Source: the human T2T-CHM13v2.0 reference genome, Homo sapiens. From it: a stretch of 64,000 bases of DNA. Positions 24,976 through 39,854 of the stretch are shown here, one piece after another. Position 1 is the first letter of the stretch. The number at the start of each line of letters is the position of its first letter. Position numbers and translations under genes: made by a program. The stretch lies in the NCBI RefSeq assembly GCF_009914755.1, contig NC_060940.1; one strand, given 5' to 3'. The notes beneath the pieces were generated by a model that saw nothing but the letters and a program-made list of their open reading frames with translations, did not search any database and was not told the DNA's origin.

Positions 24976-26721
24976 CTCAGATTGTTCAGGTTTCTAGAGA
25001 AGATGAAACCTCCCACCATCTCTTCTGGGATGGGGAACAAAGCAGCTACCTTGCAAAAACACCTCCAATGGCTAAACAATGAGGACAGCCTCTGTTTCCC
25101 CTGCCCCTTCCCCTTCGCCCTCATTTCTTTGCATCTTACAAGGTCTCAACCTGGCCTGGGAGCTTCAGTGAGAGCAAATCAGGATCCAAGTAGAGCAGGC
25201 TCTTTTGATGTGGGCTTTTCATGGCTTAGAAATCTTGCAGTTCCCATCCCTGGAGGCCCCTGGGTGATTAATGATAATGGGGCTTTCTCCGTTGTGCTAA
25301 CCAGAAGGAAGGAAGGAAGAGTGCTTTGAAAGGAGAGGGTGTCCAAGTGCTAGGCTCTTGTAATTCAAGGCCCCTGGGGAGGAAAGTTTAACCTCTCACA
25401 CAGGGCCTGGCTGGGTTGCTGGCTGGGGTGACTTTGGGGAGCCGGATGGGCTGGTGACCTGGATCGGGTCATCGGGCTATGACCCCAGGTCATCTCTGTT
25501 GTGCTTTGAAGATCAGCTACTGCATCAGGAACAGCTGAGGCCCAGAGACTGCTGCTGAGGATCTGAGACCCCTGCAAAATCCAAATTCTGGACTCATCCA
25601 CCAGGATGCTGCCAGCGTCTCAGGAGCCCTGTGTTCCAGGCAGAGCCCCAGAACCCAGGGCATCTGCAGACAGAGGTCCAAATCTTCTACACATAACATG
25701 AGCCTCATAACACCCATGTCTCCACTTTTTCAATGTGCTTGTTGATGTCAGATACCGTAAAGTATGGGGAAAGAATAAAGGGTAGTGAAGTGTGGAAGCT
25801 GGGCTGGCTGATACCTGCCCTAGTGGACATTGACTGTGTGTACTATAAAAACAGCGCTTCCCTTCCCACTTGTGAGCACAGCATCCGCACCTTCTTGAGG
25901 AACTACATCTTTCTCAGCCTCAGGTCTTGTTTTGGATGGCAGGCTCCAGCAGTGAGGGTGTGGCCCAGGCCTTGGTAAGAAGCATACTAAGCATACTTGG
26001 TGTCACAAGACAGGGTCATGGGTTCAAAATTGAGCACCAGACTCAAAGGAGTCCCATGATGCTCAACTGTGTTGCTGCTGTTGTGTTTTACTCTGAAACC
26101 ACTGGGCAAAGGAGACTCCTTTCCTGGTAGGAGTGGCTGAACTGGGGGGATATGGCGTGGAGCTGAGGATGGCTATCTCATCACTGCAGGGCAGACATTG
26201 AGTGAGATGGTGAAAAGAACACAGAGAAAGGCAGAGCTGAGACATGAGGAGGGGTTGGGGAGGAAAGAATGAGCCCGATTACATTATTACACAGAGCTAG
26301 AGGGCTTGGATCTAGCCATGCCTGAAATCCACATGGTTTCCTTATTTGCTTCAGTCGGTTTGAGTTGGGTTTCTGTTTTTTTATGACCAAGAGGCCCAGC
26401 AAATATATCTACTCAGATGTTAGGGGGTTAATATTTGGCTGAATATTTTTAATTCTGTCTTTCTAGCTAGTCCCCAGCTTTGGGGACTGTAAGTTCCCTA
26501 AAGGCAGGAACCAGGCTAGCTGTGGTCAGCAGGATTTGTGGTGTATGTTGATGGGAGACTGAGCAGAATGTTGACTGTGGTGAGGCAAAGACAAAATGAT
26601 TGGAGCATTGGGGAGGGGAGGAGAGTGCATGGAGACAAGGCACGTTGAAGGCTCCCTCGTTCTCGCATGACTCTGTGCGATCTCTGGGCTGGAGGCTGAG
26701 GCTGCAGCAAAGGGCGGTCCA

Positions 26722-26810
26722 CACACTGTGTCTGTCCTCACACTGTGTCTGTCCTCACACTGTGTCTGTCCTCACACTGTGTCTGCCCTCACACTGTGTC
26801 TGCCCTCACA
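26722..26810. repeat. 17-bp minisatellite (CACACTGTGTCTGYCCT) x ~5.2
   Basis: Three gtcct copies followed by two gccct copies, read directly. Confidence 0.95.
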
Positions 26811-28396
26811 GAGTTCACCATGAAGCAGGGCAAACAGGCACCAAACAAGACATCATAGTAATGACGTTTCATAGACACAGATAGGGGTCGTTTATGTGTG
26901 TGCATGTGTGTATGTATTTACGTTCTCTGTTTCTTTGTCTCTGTCTCTTTCTGTCTCTGCCCATCTCTCTTTCTAAATATATACGCAAGTCATATATATA
27001 TCTCCCTAAGGTCCTCATAAATAAGCTCCTTAATGTAAAATTGTTGTGGGAAGCATGCGGTCACTCTGGGTAGCCCAGGGAGTGCCTGTCCCCAGGAGAA
27101 ATAGAAGATTGTGTCAGGGCACCTGGCAGTGTTCAGAGCAGCCTGGCCATGACACCCCAGCCAGCAGAGTGCTTTTATGGAAGGATGTGTGCCTGGTGCC
27201 TTCGGAGTCATTTGCTTATGACCTGCAATGGCCAAGATGGCTGCTGTGGTGAGTGCTGAGGTACTTTTCTAAATTCTGCAAAAGGGAGAAGGCAGAGCCT
27301 CATAGCCACCTGTCTTTACAAGTTTCCAGAGTCTTTTCCCTAGACTTGCTCTCTGCCTCTAAGGGAGCTGAGACTGGGAGAAGACAAATGTATAAACAGT
27401 ATCGGCCATTGGGAAATGGCTTTTTCTCGTGTTGCCATGAGGCCTGGGTAGGAGGTGCTCTGTGGGTGAAGACAAGGGAGAGTGTCTCATACCTCTTTGG
27501 TGAATGGTCATCCAGAGTAAGGGTGTGTTCCCATGAGCTGAGGGCACGTACCCAGTTGCTGTTTTGATGGACAGCCCTGCCAGATGGAGGCTTCAGCCTG
27601 CCTCTCTGTACCTGCTCTATCTGTGCCACACAAGAAACCAGGCCCCAGTGGTTGGAGCCCTGGAGAGACAGGAAAGGATGAGGGTATAGAGATGTGCAGA
27701 GCAGGGGCTTTGGAATCAGACTGGCCTGGATCCTGGCCCTGCCCCTTTCTATGCCAGTGACACTTGGGAAGTAACTTACCCCTCTGCATGCCAGTTTCCA
27801 CATCTGTAAAATGGGGATTCTTGCAGGGTTGCACGCCCAGGATGGTGCTAATGATGATGATTCCTGGGCAGAGAGGTTTGAGTGATGGGAATTTTCTTTG
27901 TCCTTTTCTGTACTTTCCAATTTTTGTCTGATGTAAATGTAAATATTTTTAATTCAGAGAAAAACAATGTGTGCTATTAGAAAATAAAAACATTTTTTGA
28001 AAGATTGGAGAGCACTTGGTAAGAGGAAAGATAAGAAGAGAGAGAGTGGAATTTGGAGGCAACCAGCAGTCATTTTGTTGCATGGCTACCATGGACTGAT
28101 CAGAAGCATGAGTCTCTTCTGGGGGCAACTTGGGAGCCCAGAGGTCTGCAGTGGGCCAGGGAAGCCTGGACTGTGATGCAAGACTCCTTGCCACACCCTG
28201 AGAAGGGGCTGACGCTGCACTTTCCATCAGGATTGGAACAGCACAGTGGAAGGACAACAGGAGTGTGAAGGGGTTGGACAAGGAGGGAGAGAGAACCAGT
28301 CCCCGTGGAATTGATGAGGGCAGAGGAGAGGCCCAGAGGACAGACACCCACACCAAAAGAAGGTCACAAGGTTTGTAAAAAGAAAAATAGAAAGAA

Positions 28397-28740
28397 GGCT
28401 GGGTATGGTAACTCACGCCTGTAATCCCAGCACTTTGGGACGCCAAGGCGGGCAGATCACTTGAGGCCAGGAGTTTGAGACCAGCCTGGCCAACATGGCA
28501 AAACCCTGTCTCTAAAAGAAAAACCCTGTCTCTAAAAGAAATACAAAAATTAGCTGGGCGTGATGGTGCACACCTGTAGTCCCAGCCACTCAAGAGGCTG
28601 AGGCACGAGAATCGCTTGAACCCGGGAGACAGAGGATGCAAAGAGCTGAGATGGCACCACTGTACTCCAGCCTGGGCAACAGAGCGAGACTCCATCTCAA
28701 AAAAAAAAAAAAAAAAAAAAAAAGAAAAAGCAAAAATAGA
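28397..28740 (+). mobile_element. Alu with internal 20-bp tandem duplication
   Basis: Full Alu; TSD aaaaatagaaagaa. Confidence 0.93.
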
Positions 28741-29024
28741 AAGAAATGATAATACCCTCAAAACCACAAGTATCTCTAATCAGTCCCATTTCCTGTTGTC
28801 AGCCTGCCCCTCTGATGGGCTTCTTGGTCTGTGCAGGGGCAGCCCTGATACAGGAACATCTCTGATTCTGATATTGCCATAAACCAATGCCTGGCGCATA
28901 GACAGTGTGCAACAAATCTTGTTCAACTGGTTTAACCCAAATATAACTTGGGGTCCTATGTGGCCCAGTATTACCTCCATGTAGTATTTAGAGAAAATAG
29001 AGTCCAAAGTAAAAGATATAATTT

Positions 29025-29315
29025 TATTGTTTTTGAAACAGGGTCTCACTCTGTCACCCAGGCTGGAGTTCAGTGGCATGATCACCACTCATGGCAGCCT
29101 CAACTCCTGGGCTCAAGGGATCTTCCTACCTCAGCCTTCTGAGTACCTGGGTCTATGTGCACGCCGCTATGCTCGGGTAACTTTTAATTTTTTTGTAGAG
29201 ATGGGGTTTCCTTATGTTGCCCAGGTTGGCCTTGAACTCCTGGCCTCAAGTGGTCTTCCCACCTTGGCCTCCTAAAGTGGTAGGATTACAGGTGTGAGCT
29301 GCCACTGCACCAGGC
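29025..29315 (-). mobile_element. Alu (AluJ-like)
   Basis: Reverse Alu consensus. Confidence 0.9.
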
Positions 29316-30339
29316 TCATTTTAAAAAGATTCTAATCTTTACTCCTGACTTTGAAAGCACTTTATGTAGATCCATTTGTGATTCAGAGAGACACTTCCCC
29401 AAATCCCTCTCTTCTTTCCTTTTCCTGCATTCTGTGGTTGCCCCTAAATCTGTTCCTCATCTCCAGCCTGCGTGGTGCTTCTACTGCCTCCTTCCTCCTT
29501 CCCACATGTCACACTTTATTGTCTCTCTGCCAGAGGTCCCTGGAACGTCTGCTCTGGCCAAAAAAATACAGTAGAAGAGTGGAGAGCATGAATGCTGTTT
29601 GCCTCCAAGCCTTTCCTCACTCTATACAGAGAAATTCAAGCAGAGACGGCTGATGAAGTGAACAAAGGGGGACTTGGCTAACAGAGGATCCGGGTTCAGA
29701 TCTTGGATCCTTTTCTTGGTCGCCATGTGACTTTGGACATGGTATGGAGCCATTTGGAGAGTCAGTTTCCTTGTGAGTAAAACAAGGAAAAATAATACAC
29801 TTAACTGAGAGTATTTAGGTTTAAATGAGTTAATTGAGAGAGGAGTTAGATTTAAATGAGTTAATTCATTTAGATGCTCTAACAGGGCCTGATTTGGATT
29901 AAGTGCTAATAAGTGTCTGTTTTCCTCCTCCTCCTCTTCATTTGTTGTTACTGTCATTATCATTATCATGATTGTTATCATCATATGGGCACTGGAACCA
30001 GACTGTCTGAATTCAAATCTTGGTTCTACCACTTACTCGAATCCAGGTAAACTGTTTAACTTTTATGGACTTTCTTCCTCTGTAAAATAAGATTAATAAT
30101 AGTACCTATCTTCTAGAATTGTTGTGAGGATTAACCTCTGCTACTAACATAAGTAGAAGAGGTTAGAAGAACATTTGGCATATGCTAAGTGCCCAACAGG
30201 TGTTAGTTATTTTGTTCTATGCAGAGTAAGAGGTAGAATCAGTTCTGTTTGACTGTAAAATCTGCGTCCGTAACTACTGTCCTGCCTCCTTCTCTCAGGC
30301 TTGCGGTGGGGTCACTTGAAGTTACAAAAATGTTTCTTC

Positions 30340-31135
<796 letters not shown>

Positions 31136-32308
31136 TTATGCCCTGACCTTGTGGTGCAGTGACGATAGCAGTGACCACTGCCTCCTTCTGGGAGTGGGGG
31201 GTGAATGACCAAGACCTGTCCTCACTCCCACCCTGAGAAGAAGGTGAATGTGAGGGAGTCAGATAGAGCTGGTGGCTTAGGCAGCCAGGAGGTCTTTGAA
31301 ATTGATTAATTTTGAAAATGTGGGGGAAACGTCTTAATTTATAATTGTCTGTGCAGTGTTGCAGGAAAGGGGAATCCCGTGTCTTTGGTGCAGCCCGATT
31401 GGTTCGTGCGTGTGTGTTGCTGTGGAGCCCTGATTCCCTCTTCCCCTGTCATGGAGCTTCCAGCAGATGGCCCGGCCACCTTCTCATTAGGGGCAGGTGG
31501 AGATAACTGCACCATTTCTTGTGGATCCTTTTGCTAGCTGACTTGCTAATGTCTGCTGGGGCTCTTTTAGCTAAAGTTGTGAGCTCTTCTCCTGGGTCAG
31601 CAGGTGGGAGACCATGTGCTGGCAGAAATTGCTTCCTCTGAAGGAGCCCTGATTGGAATTCTGAGAAAGTGAAGGCAATTTGGAACTTCGAAAGAGAGGC
31701 AAGCAGTGAGCTCACTGGGAAATTGAGGTTTTTTTTTTCTTTCTCCTCTTCTTTCTCTCTCTTTCAGCTTATTTTTTCTCCCTGTCTTTCCAAGGTTCCT
31801 TATCCCATTTCTCTCTGCCAAGCTATTTCTATTTCTTACTTAAAAACCTTAGTTCAGACCTCTGGCCCATCTAGAACTCTGATGATTTCTGATCAAAACC
31901 TTGTTTTAGCCTGGACTCCTTCAAAAGCAAATGCCAAGGCAAAGGCTGCTGCTCAGGTAGTTTATTTGGGAAAATCCCAGGGACCAGGAGTGCAGGCTGG
32001 GGCGGGAGTGCCGGGGCATGGGCAGGAGGTGCTGGCAGAAATGCATCTCAGGACTGCCCACCCAGGAGATGAAAGCAGAAGCGTTTTCCCATCAGTTTCC
32101 ACCCCTGTTGGTCAACGCAGTCCCCTAGGCATTAACCCCCTTATATTCTTGGGGTGCACCAGTGAATGTTGAGTGGGTTTCTACAGGCCTGAAAAGTCTT
32201 ATGGTGTCAGAGAAGCCCCAGGACAGGAAGAAAGAGGAATATGGTGGAGTCAATGCAAGAGGGTGTCTACCTGTGGCTCCAAGAAGCTGGTCAAAGCCCA
32301 TATGGTGA

Positions 32309-32839
32309 TAGTGGTCCCCAAGCTTTAAGCACCAGAGACCAGTTTCATGGAAGACAATTTTTCCATGGACTGGGAATGGGGGATGGTTTGGGGATGATTC
32401 AAGCCCATTACATTCATTGTGCACTTTATTTCTATTATTGTTACATTGTAATATATAATGAAATAATTATACAACTCACCATAATGTAGAATCAGTGGGA
32501 GCCCTGAGCTTATTTTCCTGCAACTAGACAGTCCCATCTGGGGGTGATAGGAGACAGTGACAGATCATCAGGCATTAGATTCTCATAAGGAGCATGCAAA
32601 CTAGATACCTCGCAAGTGCAATTCACAATAGGGTTTATGCTTCTATGAGAATCTCCTGCTGCAGCTGATCTGACAGGAGGTGGAGCTCAAGTGGTAATGC
32701 AAGCAATGGGGAGTGTCTGCAAATACAGTGAAGCTTTGCTTGCTAGCCTACCACTCACCTCCTACTGTGCGACCGACCCTCAGTTCCTAACAGGCCATGG
32801 ACTGGTACTGGTCCCTGGCCCAGGGGTTGGGGACCCCTG
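32309..32839 (+). mobile_element. MER1A-like hAT-Charlie DNA transposon
   Basis: Terminal inverted repeats (t)agtggtccccaa / ttggggacccctg; tttcatggaagacaatttttcca and caggcattagattctcataaggagc hallmarks; ~530 bp. Confidence 0.85.
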
Positions 32840-34136
32840 CTGTATGGGACTGACCACCCACCACAGCCATGGCTGGAGTAAGAAGTGGGCCAACAACTGC
32901 CCTGTATAGATCTTTAGAGGCCCAGCTCTGAGAATAGTGGGTGCCTTAAAACACACAGGAATGCAATTCAGCACAAAACTAATATGTAAAGTGTCAGGGG
33001 GTTCGGCAAGGGCCTGTGTTTTCCCCAAAGGCCTACTTCAATGACTTTTGAAAGAGCATCTATCAAATGCTTTAATTTTCCTCTCTAATTCTCAGTGATC
33101 CTGGATCCTGCTCCGCTCGGACCCTACATGCATGCTCAGCCTGCCTGTCAGGTGTGACTGATAGGCAAGACCACAGCCACTACTGACAGTGTGAACCTCA
33201 CAGTCAGGCTGGAAGGACTGGATTCACTTCTATATGTAAAGTATTCAGAACATAGCAGCTCCCCAAACGTGGTCATTGGCTTTTTCAATTATATTATTAT
33301 TATTATGTCTTTGTTTTGGAGTCCTGGATGTTATTGAGACTTGAGAGAAAGGATTAAAGAAAAGCCTCCTCATATTTGAGGGGCAGAGGGGAGTTCCTAG
33401 TCTAGTTGAAGTGTCTCTATATTATATGTATATATCTGATATATATTTAGTTGGACTCACGTCATGTTTCCTGGGTCACCAGCATGGGTTAAGCACTGTG
33501 TGGGACAGGCATGGTAGAATGCAGGACAAGAAAGCTGTTGCAAAGGCACATGTCCTCAGTGTCCACGCCAGAGGTCACCTACTGCCTCTGTAGACAATTG
33601 CACAGACAATGGCTTCCTAGTTGGAGCACCCAGCACAAGGGTTCTTTCTGGCATCTGTTCAGACTCTGGGGGTCAGGCTGGCATGTTGCTAAGACCTCCA
33701 GGAGCAACCCCCAATCACTGAGAAATAGGAGATGCTGCAGGAACACTCCAACTTCCTCGACCCTTGGTGGGGCGCTCTGAGTCCCACCTGTCTCAGGAGT
33801 TGCTAACTTACTCCTGTCTCAGGAGTTCCCCAGTGAGATGGGGACCATTATCCACTTTTCTAGGTTTTCTTCCCTATCTCCCCTGCATTCCTTCACTACA
33901 CTTCTTGGGGTCATGGTGTCTACCTATGAGACTTAAAAAATAACTTTTAAACGTCATTCTGATTATAGCAGTGATTCTTGCTTATTGTAAACAGTGGTGA
34001 CATCATTATTTATAACACAAGAAATGATAATTCTTTTAGATATCAGGTCCCTGCCCCTTCAGCCGTAACCACTCTTTATCGTTTGATGAGCACCTTTCCA
34101 TACTTCAGCAAAGATAACAATTTTTGGAATCACATT

Positions 34137-34796
34137 TGATATGGTCTGGCTCTGTGTTCCCACCCAAATCTCATTTTGAATTGTAATCGGAACTGCAGTC
34201 CCTAGGTGTCGAAGGAGGGACCTGCTGGGAGGTGATTGGATCACGGGCATAGTTTTCCCCATGTTGTTTTTTTAATAGTGAGGGAGTTCTCAGGAAGTCT
34301 GATGGTTTAAAAATGGCATTTTCCCCTGCTCCCTCTCTCTTTCCTGCTACCTTGTGAAGAAGGCACTTGCTTCTCCTTCACCTTCTGGCATGATTGTAAG
34401 TTTCCTGAGGCCTCCTCAGTCATGCAGAACTGTGAGTCAAACCTTCTCTTTTTTTTTGAGATGGAGTCTTGCTCTGTCGCACAGTCTGGAGTGCAGTGGC
34501 GCAATCTTGGCTCACTGCAAGCTCTGCCTCCCAGATTCAGACCATTCTCTTGCCTCAGCGTCCCGAGTAGCTGGGATTACAGACACCCACCACCACGCCC
34601 GGCTAAATTTTTTGTATTTTTTCACCATGTTAGCCAGGATGGTCTTGATCTCCTGACCTTGTGATCCACCTGCCTCGGCCTCCCAAAGTGCCGGGATTAC
34701 AGGCGTGAGCCTCTGCGCCCGGCCTAAAACTCCTTTCTTTATAAATTATCCAGTCTTGGGTATGTTTTTATAGCAGTGTGGAAATGGACTAATATA
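34137..34796 (+). mobile_element. THE1 (THE1C/D-like) solo LTR with nested Alu
   Basis: tgatatggtctggctctgtg...cccaaatctc...ttcctgaggcctc...atggactaatata; flanks acatt/atgtt. Confidence 0.85.
34445..34725 (-). mobile_element. Alu (AluY/Sc-like) inside THE1
   Basis: gcaagctctgcctccc...ccattctc...ttagccaggatggtc. Confidence 0.92.
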
Positions 34797-36829
34797 ATGT
34801 TATATTAATATTCTGTAACTTTTTTCCATTTAATATGTCTTTTCCCATATAGTCCATACAGCACTACCCCATTTTTCTTAGTAGATGCCCTGTGTGTCAG
34901 TAAGAGAACACACAATGTTTCATATAACTCGGACCCTATTGATCGACCATTATGTTACATCTAGTATTTTGCTGCTATAAACAATGGGCAGTAAGTCTGT
35001 TTACAAACATTTGTTGTACTCTGCTGCTGACATGTCCATGGGATAAGTTTTTAGAAAAGAAATCTTGGCTAAAAGAGAACCCACATTAAAAATACTGATA
35101 GATATTATCTAATTGTGTTCCAAGATAATTGAACAATTTATACTCATGAGGTTTTCAGATACTGGCTATGGCCTAGGAGGCTGGTGTAATTGTAGGGCTG
35201 TCATGAACTGAAGAGAGGAGCAAGTGAGGACAGGCTCTGCCACCCCACATATGTACCTGCCACCCTTTCCTTACTAATCTGGATCACTGACTCCTACCCT
35301 CCAAAAGCCCCATTAGAAACTCACTTTTTCTTGAAGAGAGGAGAGTGCAGCAGTGCAATGTTGCGGAAGGCACAGGGGTGGGAAAAGCATTTTTGTGTTG
35401 GTTTATGTGTTTTTGGACAATCAGGAGGGAAACAGTGTCCAGAGTCAGATAATCCTGTGCTGGAATCCCAGCTGTGCCACATCCGAGTCTACTACTTTGG
35501 TAAGTCACTTACCTGTCTGGACTTACTTTTCTCACCTGAAAAACGGAGACCAACCGGAATACTTGCTTTATGCATATGTGATATCAGTTAGGCTAATGCT
35601 TAGCTGCTGTAATAGAAAGGCCCTCAGTCTCAATGGCTGAACACAATAGAAGCTGTTTCTGGTGAGTGGGTAGCTGTTCTTCATGCAGTGGGTCCAACTT
35701 CTTCTATCTCTGGTTCTTCAACACACAAGCTTCTAAGTTCCCCACCTTGCCCGCATCTGGCAGAGGAGGCAGAATGAGCATGAGGACCACCCGTGGGAAG
35801 TTGCATGGGCCAGGCTCAGAAGGGGTGCACATCAGTCCTCTGCACATTCCATTGGCTGGGCCTCAGCTATGAAAACCAGCCTCTCAGATCTCTTGCCACG
35901 GAGAGTGTGACCGACTGGCAGCCCCAGCGCCATCACCCTGGATTTACCATCACTTTCATGTAAAGAGAGGCCCTGCTTCTCCCCAGCTGCTCCCACCAAG
36001 AATGGGGACACCTTCAATGGGCAACTCTGGTGCAAAGACTCCCCACTGGGCTGGCAGAAACTTTCTTGGAAGTGTGATGCAGTGTGAGACTTCTGCTACG
36101 CAACCCTCTTCTCTCCCTGCTTTGCTCCTCCAGGAGTCAAACTTCAGGTAGCCTGAAAGTTCTCCCTGCTTTCTTCTGCTCTCCCCCAATCCCAATAAAA
36201 CACTTGCACATCAAATCTCATCTAGGTGTCTCTTTCTCTGTCAGCCTGAACTAAAGCACAGGACCATACTTAACTGCAAGGGACACTGGGAAATGTAGTT
36301 CAGCTGCGCAGCTGGGTGGAAAAGGATGCAGGTTTGGTGAAGAGTGAGCCAGTCCCTGGCACAGAGAATTATGAGGATTAGATAATATGTAAAGTCCTCA
36401 GCTCTGGGCCTGACGCACAGCAACACAGTAAATGGCTTGTCACCATTGCCATTTGTACCAAGATAGTGAGTCCCTGCAAGCAAGCAGTGTGTCTCCTCAT
36501 TACACATGTGTCTTGGCCCAGCAGGTGGGCTGACCACTCAACGAGGTTCCTCCAAATCAGAGCAGGGAAAGTCACAGGCACATGCCCCAGTGTTCCAAGG
36601 AGGAGACGTTAGCTGGAGAGGAGCTGCCTCCGGGAACATCTCTCTGCCAGCCGCTCTAGCTCACCATCCAGGGCCACTCTACTTGGCTCCCTTCTCAGAT
36701 GACAGCACGGTGTGATGTAACCAGGTTAGCCAATGCTGGTCTTCAGGAGAAGCCCACACATCCCAAAGGGAGCATCTTCCCCCATCCCCAGCACCTCTCT
36801 CCATGCCTGCTTCCCAGCGCTTCCACAGC

Positions 36830-37580
36830 TTTAAGAGTTCCATAAATGCTGATAATTGCTACATTAAACTTCAGTTTATTATTTTATTTGGGTGCAGGTA
36901 TGCGGATGATATGAGGCTTCGCTGCATTTACATACAAATTGAAGATTTTTATTAATCAGTCCAGTACCAGGAATCCAACGTTAACAGTCCATCAGGCCCT
37001 TAAATACATTTGGTGACATTTTTACCATGCATTAGCATGATAGGGCAAGGCGAATATAATGTACCAATGATTGCTTTTCCATTGAAAGCACAAACGGTTT
37101 CATTTTTCCTGTCATCTCAAATAAGTGTTAAAGAGGGTTTGGAGGCTGTTGTGTCCGCGCCGTATGCTCAGGACTTACAAACACTGATGAGCACATTAAA
37201 TAACCATTAGCGTCTGGGCCTGGACCACAGCACCGTCCCTTCTCTTCAGAATTTATTCTTTGATTTAAAGTGAAGGCAATCTGTGGTTGCTTTCATAAAG
37301 TCCCGCGGCCCCTCCATTCTCCCTCCAACAAAATGCATTACAACAGTAATTTTATGACTGTTAAAATAACTGTCGTTAACAAGCACTTAATTAAAATGTA
37401 CAATAAATAGCCGACTACGGCCTTATCTGCTCTCCGGAGCGGCCTCAGCCCGAGACTGCAATGCCCAGGCCTGCTGTTGCCCAGCTTGTTTGCAGATTAA
37501 TTGCTTTTCGAGCTGGCAGGAGCTGCCTCTTCAGCAGCCAGATCATAAATGACCAGATAGGGACTTTATCAATCAGGCGA
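36830..37580. promoter_or_regulatory. Candidate conserved enhancer
   Basis: Repeat-free AT-rich block with retained CpGs, TTAATTAA (37387), ATCAATCA PBX site (37568), CATAAA and octamer-like TATGTAAAT motifs. Confidence 0.55.
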
Positions 37581-37839
37581 GTGCGTCTGTGACCACTGGT
37601 GGACAGGGAGGCCAGCTGGGGAGCGGTTGGAGGGCAAGTCTTGGATAGGTGGAGGTACTGACCGGGGAGGGAGTCGGAGTGGGCGTCGGTGGAGGTGGGT
37701 AGGGGAGAAAACCTGCAGGAAGGTGTCCCCAGTGGGCTGGCCTGCTCCAGACCTCATTTTGGACATCTCTGGCCGAGTCATTGCTTTGATAATAATAATA
37801 GCTAGTCCTCATCATGTACCAGGTGCTTTCTTTTTATCA

Positions 37840-38125
<286 letters not shown>

Positions 38126-38565
38126 CATCAACTTCTTTAATTCTCACAACTATGTCAGGTTGTTATTATCAGGATTCTCATTTATAGATGAGGAATCTGA
38201 GGTTTAGCGAGGTTAAGTGACCTACCCAGGGTCATAACAGCTAATAGAGGCTCAGGTGGAGTTCAAACCCAGGCAGGATTGCTCCTGCGAGGGGCACTTA
38301 AGCACTGCACTGTGCTGTCTCTCAGTAGATATGAATTTATCATATGCCAGTCAAGTGCCTGAAGTTGTGCTAAACTCTTTATGGCAATGTTCATTCCTTT
38401 AATAAATACCTGTCTATTAATGCCTACTTTGTGTCGGGCCTGTGTTAGAGGTGAGAGGTACAAGGGTGAGCCTGAAGGATCTCATTTCTGCCCTTCCACA
38501 GCTCAGCAGCCAGTGGGGAAGGGAACTGTGGCTCAGAGGAAGGGACCTCAGAGCAGAGCACCTTT

Positions 38566-38571
<6 letters not shown>

Positions 38572-38605
<34 letters not shown>

Positions 38606-38640
38606 ATGTGTGTGTGTGTGTGTGTGTGCATGCTTGTGTG
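38572..38640. repeat. (TG)n microsatellite, interrupted
   Basis: Read directly. Confidence 0.95.
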
Positions 38641-39854
38641 AGTAGGGTCCAGGAGAACTTTCAGGAGGAAGTGACTTTTCAGCTGAGGCTGAAACTGAGC
38701 AGGGACTAGCCAGGAGAAAGGCAGGGGAATAAGTGTTCCAGGCAGGGGAATGGCATTTGTGAGGGCATTGAGGAGAGAGAGCATTCAGCAGGGCTACAGT
38801 GGCATGTGTGAGTGACCAGAGGTGGGGCTCAGGAAGTTGGCTGGTGCTAGACCATGGAGGGTCTTCTGAATAAATCCAGGGCTTCGATTTGTGTTTTAGA
38901 AGGGGCCTTATCTGGAGAAGGTTCTCATCAACAACTTTGTAAAGTAGGTGTTATGATTCCGACTTTTACAGCTGAAGAAACAAAGGCATATAGCAGAGTT
39001 AAGTGGCTTGCCAAGGTCACTGGTTCAGAGGCATCAGGGCAGACAGCAGTGAGCTTGAGGCCAGCTTCCCACACAGAGGCCCACAGCTTGCCCACCTGCT
39101 CAGCTAACCCCAGGTGACTCATTACAGCCCAGGCTGGGGACTCTTCTGGGTTTTGGAGCTGGTATCTTGGAGCTGGAATTACTGAGTCATGAAAATAATT
39201 GTCCTAAGAATGTCAGTTGTCTTGCATTGCAAGTCTGTATTGCTATGGTTTTTCCTGGAGCCCCAGGCTGGGAAGTAACCATGGCTAAGAATGCTTTGGG
39301 CTGCAAGTAGCAGAATAAAATAGAAGACTCCAACAACATGCTGAAGCAATGCAGCCATTTAATCATATTCCAAAATGAGAGGTCTGCGGAAGAGCGCTTT
39401 CAGCTTGGCAAAGAGTCCACCCATATCAACGATGGCCCAGGCTTTTTCTATATTCTCTTCTGCTTTCTTCAGTATATTGGCCCTTTATTCTTAGGTATTT
39501 GCAGAATGGTCACAAAATGGCTGCCAGATTAAAGGTAGGAAGAGAAGGAGCTTACTGGGAAAGCGCACTTCCTCTTGGGTGCCATTGGTCAAATCTAAGT
39601 CACATGACTGTCTTTAGCTGTGGGGCAGGCTGGGAAAGGACTCTCCAGCAGATGACCTGTGGTGCTGGGCTGAGCAACAGGCACACAGCCACCCTGAACA
39701 AAATCAGAGTGCTCTCAGCAAGCAAGAAAGGATGGAGAGACGAGGGAAGGCATCAAACAGCCACTGCCACAGTACATAGCAGTTATTGTGTGTCAGGAAC
39801 TAAGAAGGGCTTTGCATGGTCTCTCTCTTTCTCTTTCTCTCTCTCTCATTTCTC

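Noticed and set aside
26722-26810. CRISPR-like repeat array
   Set aside because: Units are contiguous with no spacers; the context is human DNA.
27949-28767. 272-aa minus-strand ORF
   Set aside because: The N-terminal half is antisense Alu; the remainder has no coding signature.
28397-29315. Closely spaced inverted Alu pair (also 52659-53430) as a dsRNA/editing substrate
   Set aside because: Common genome-wide, the copies are diverged, and there is no evidence this region is transcribed.
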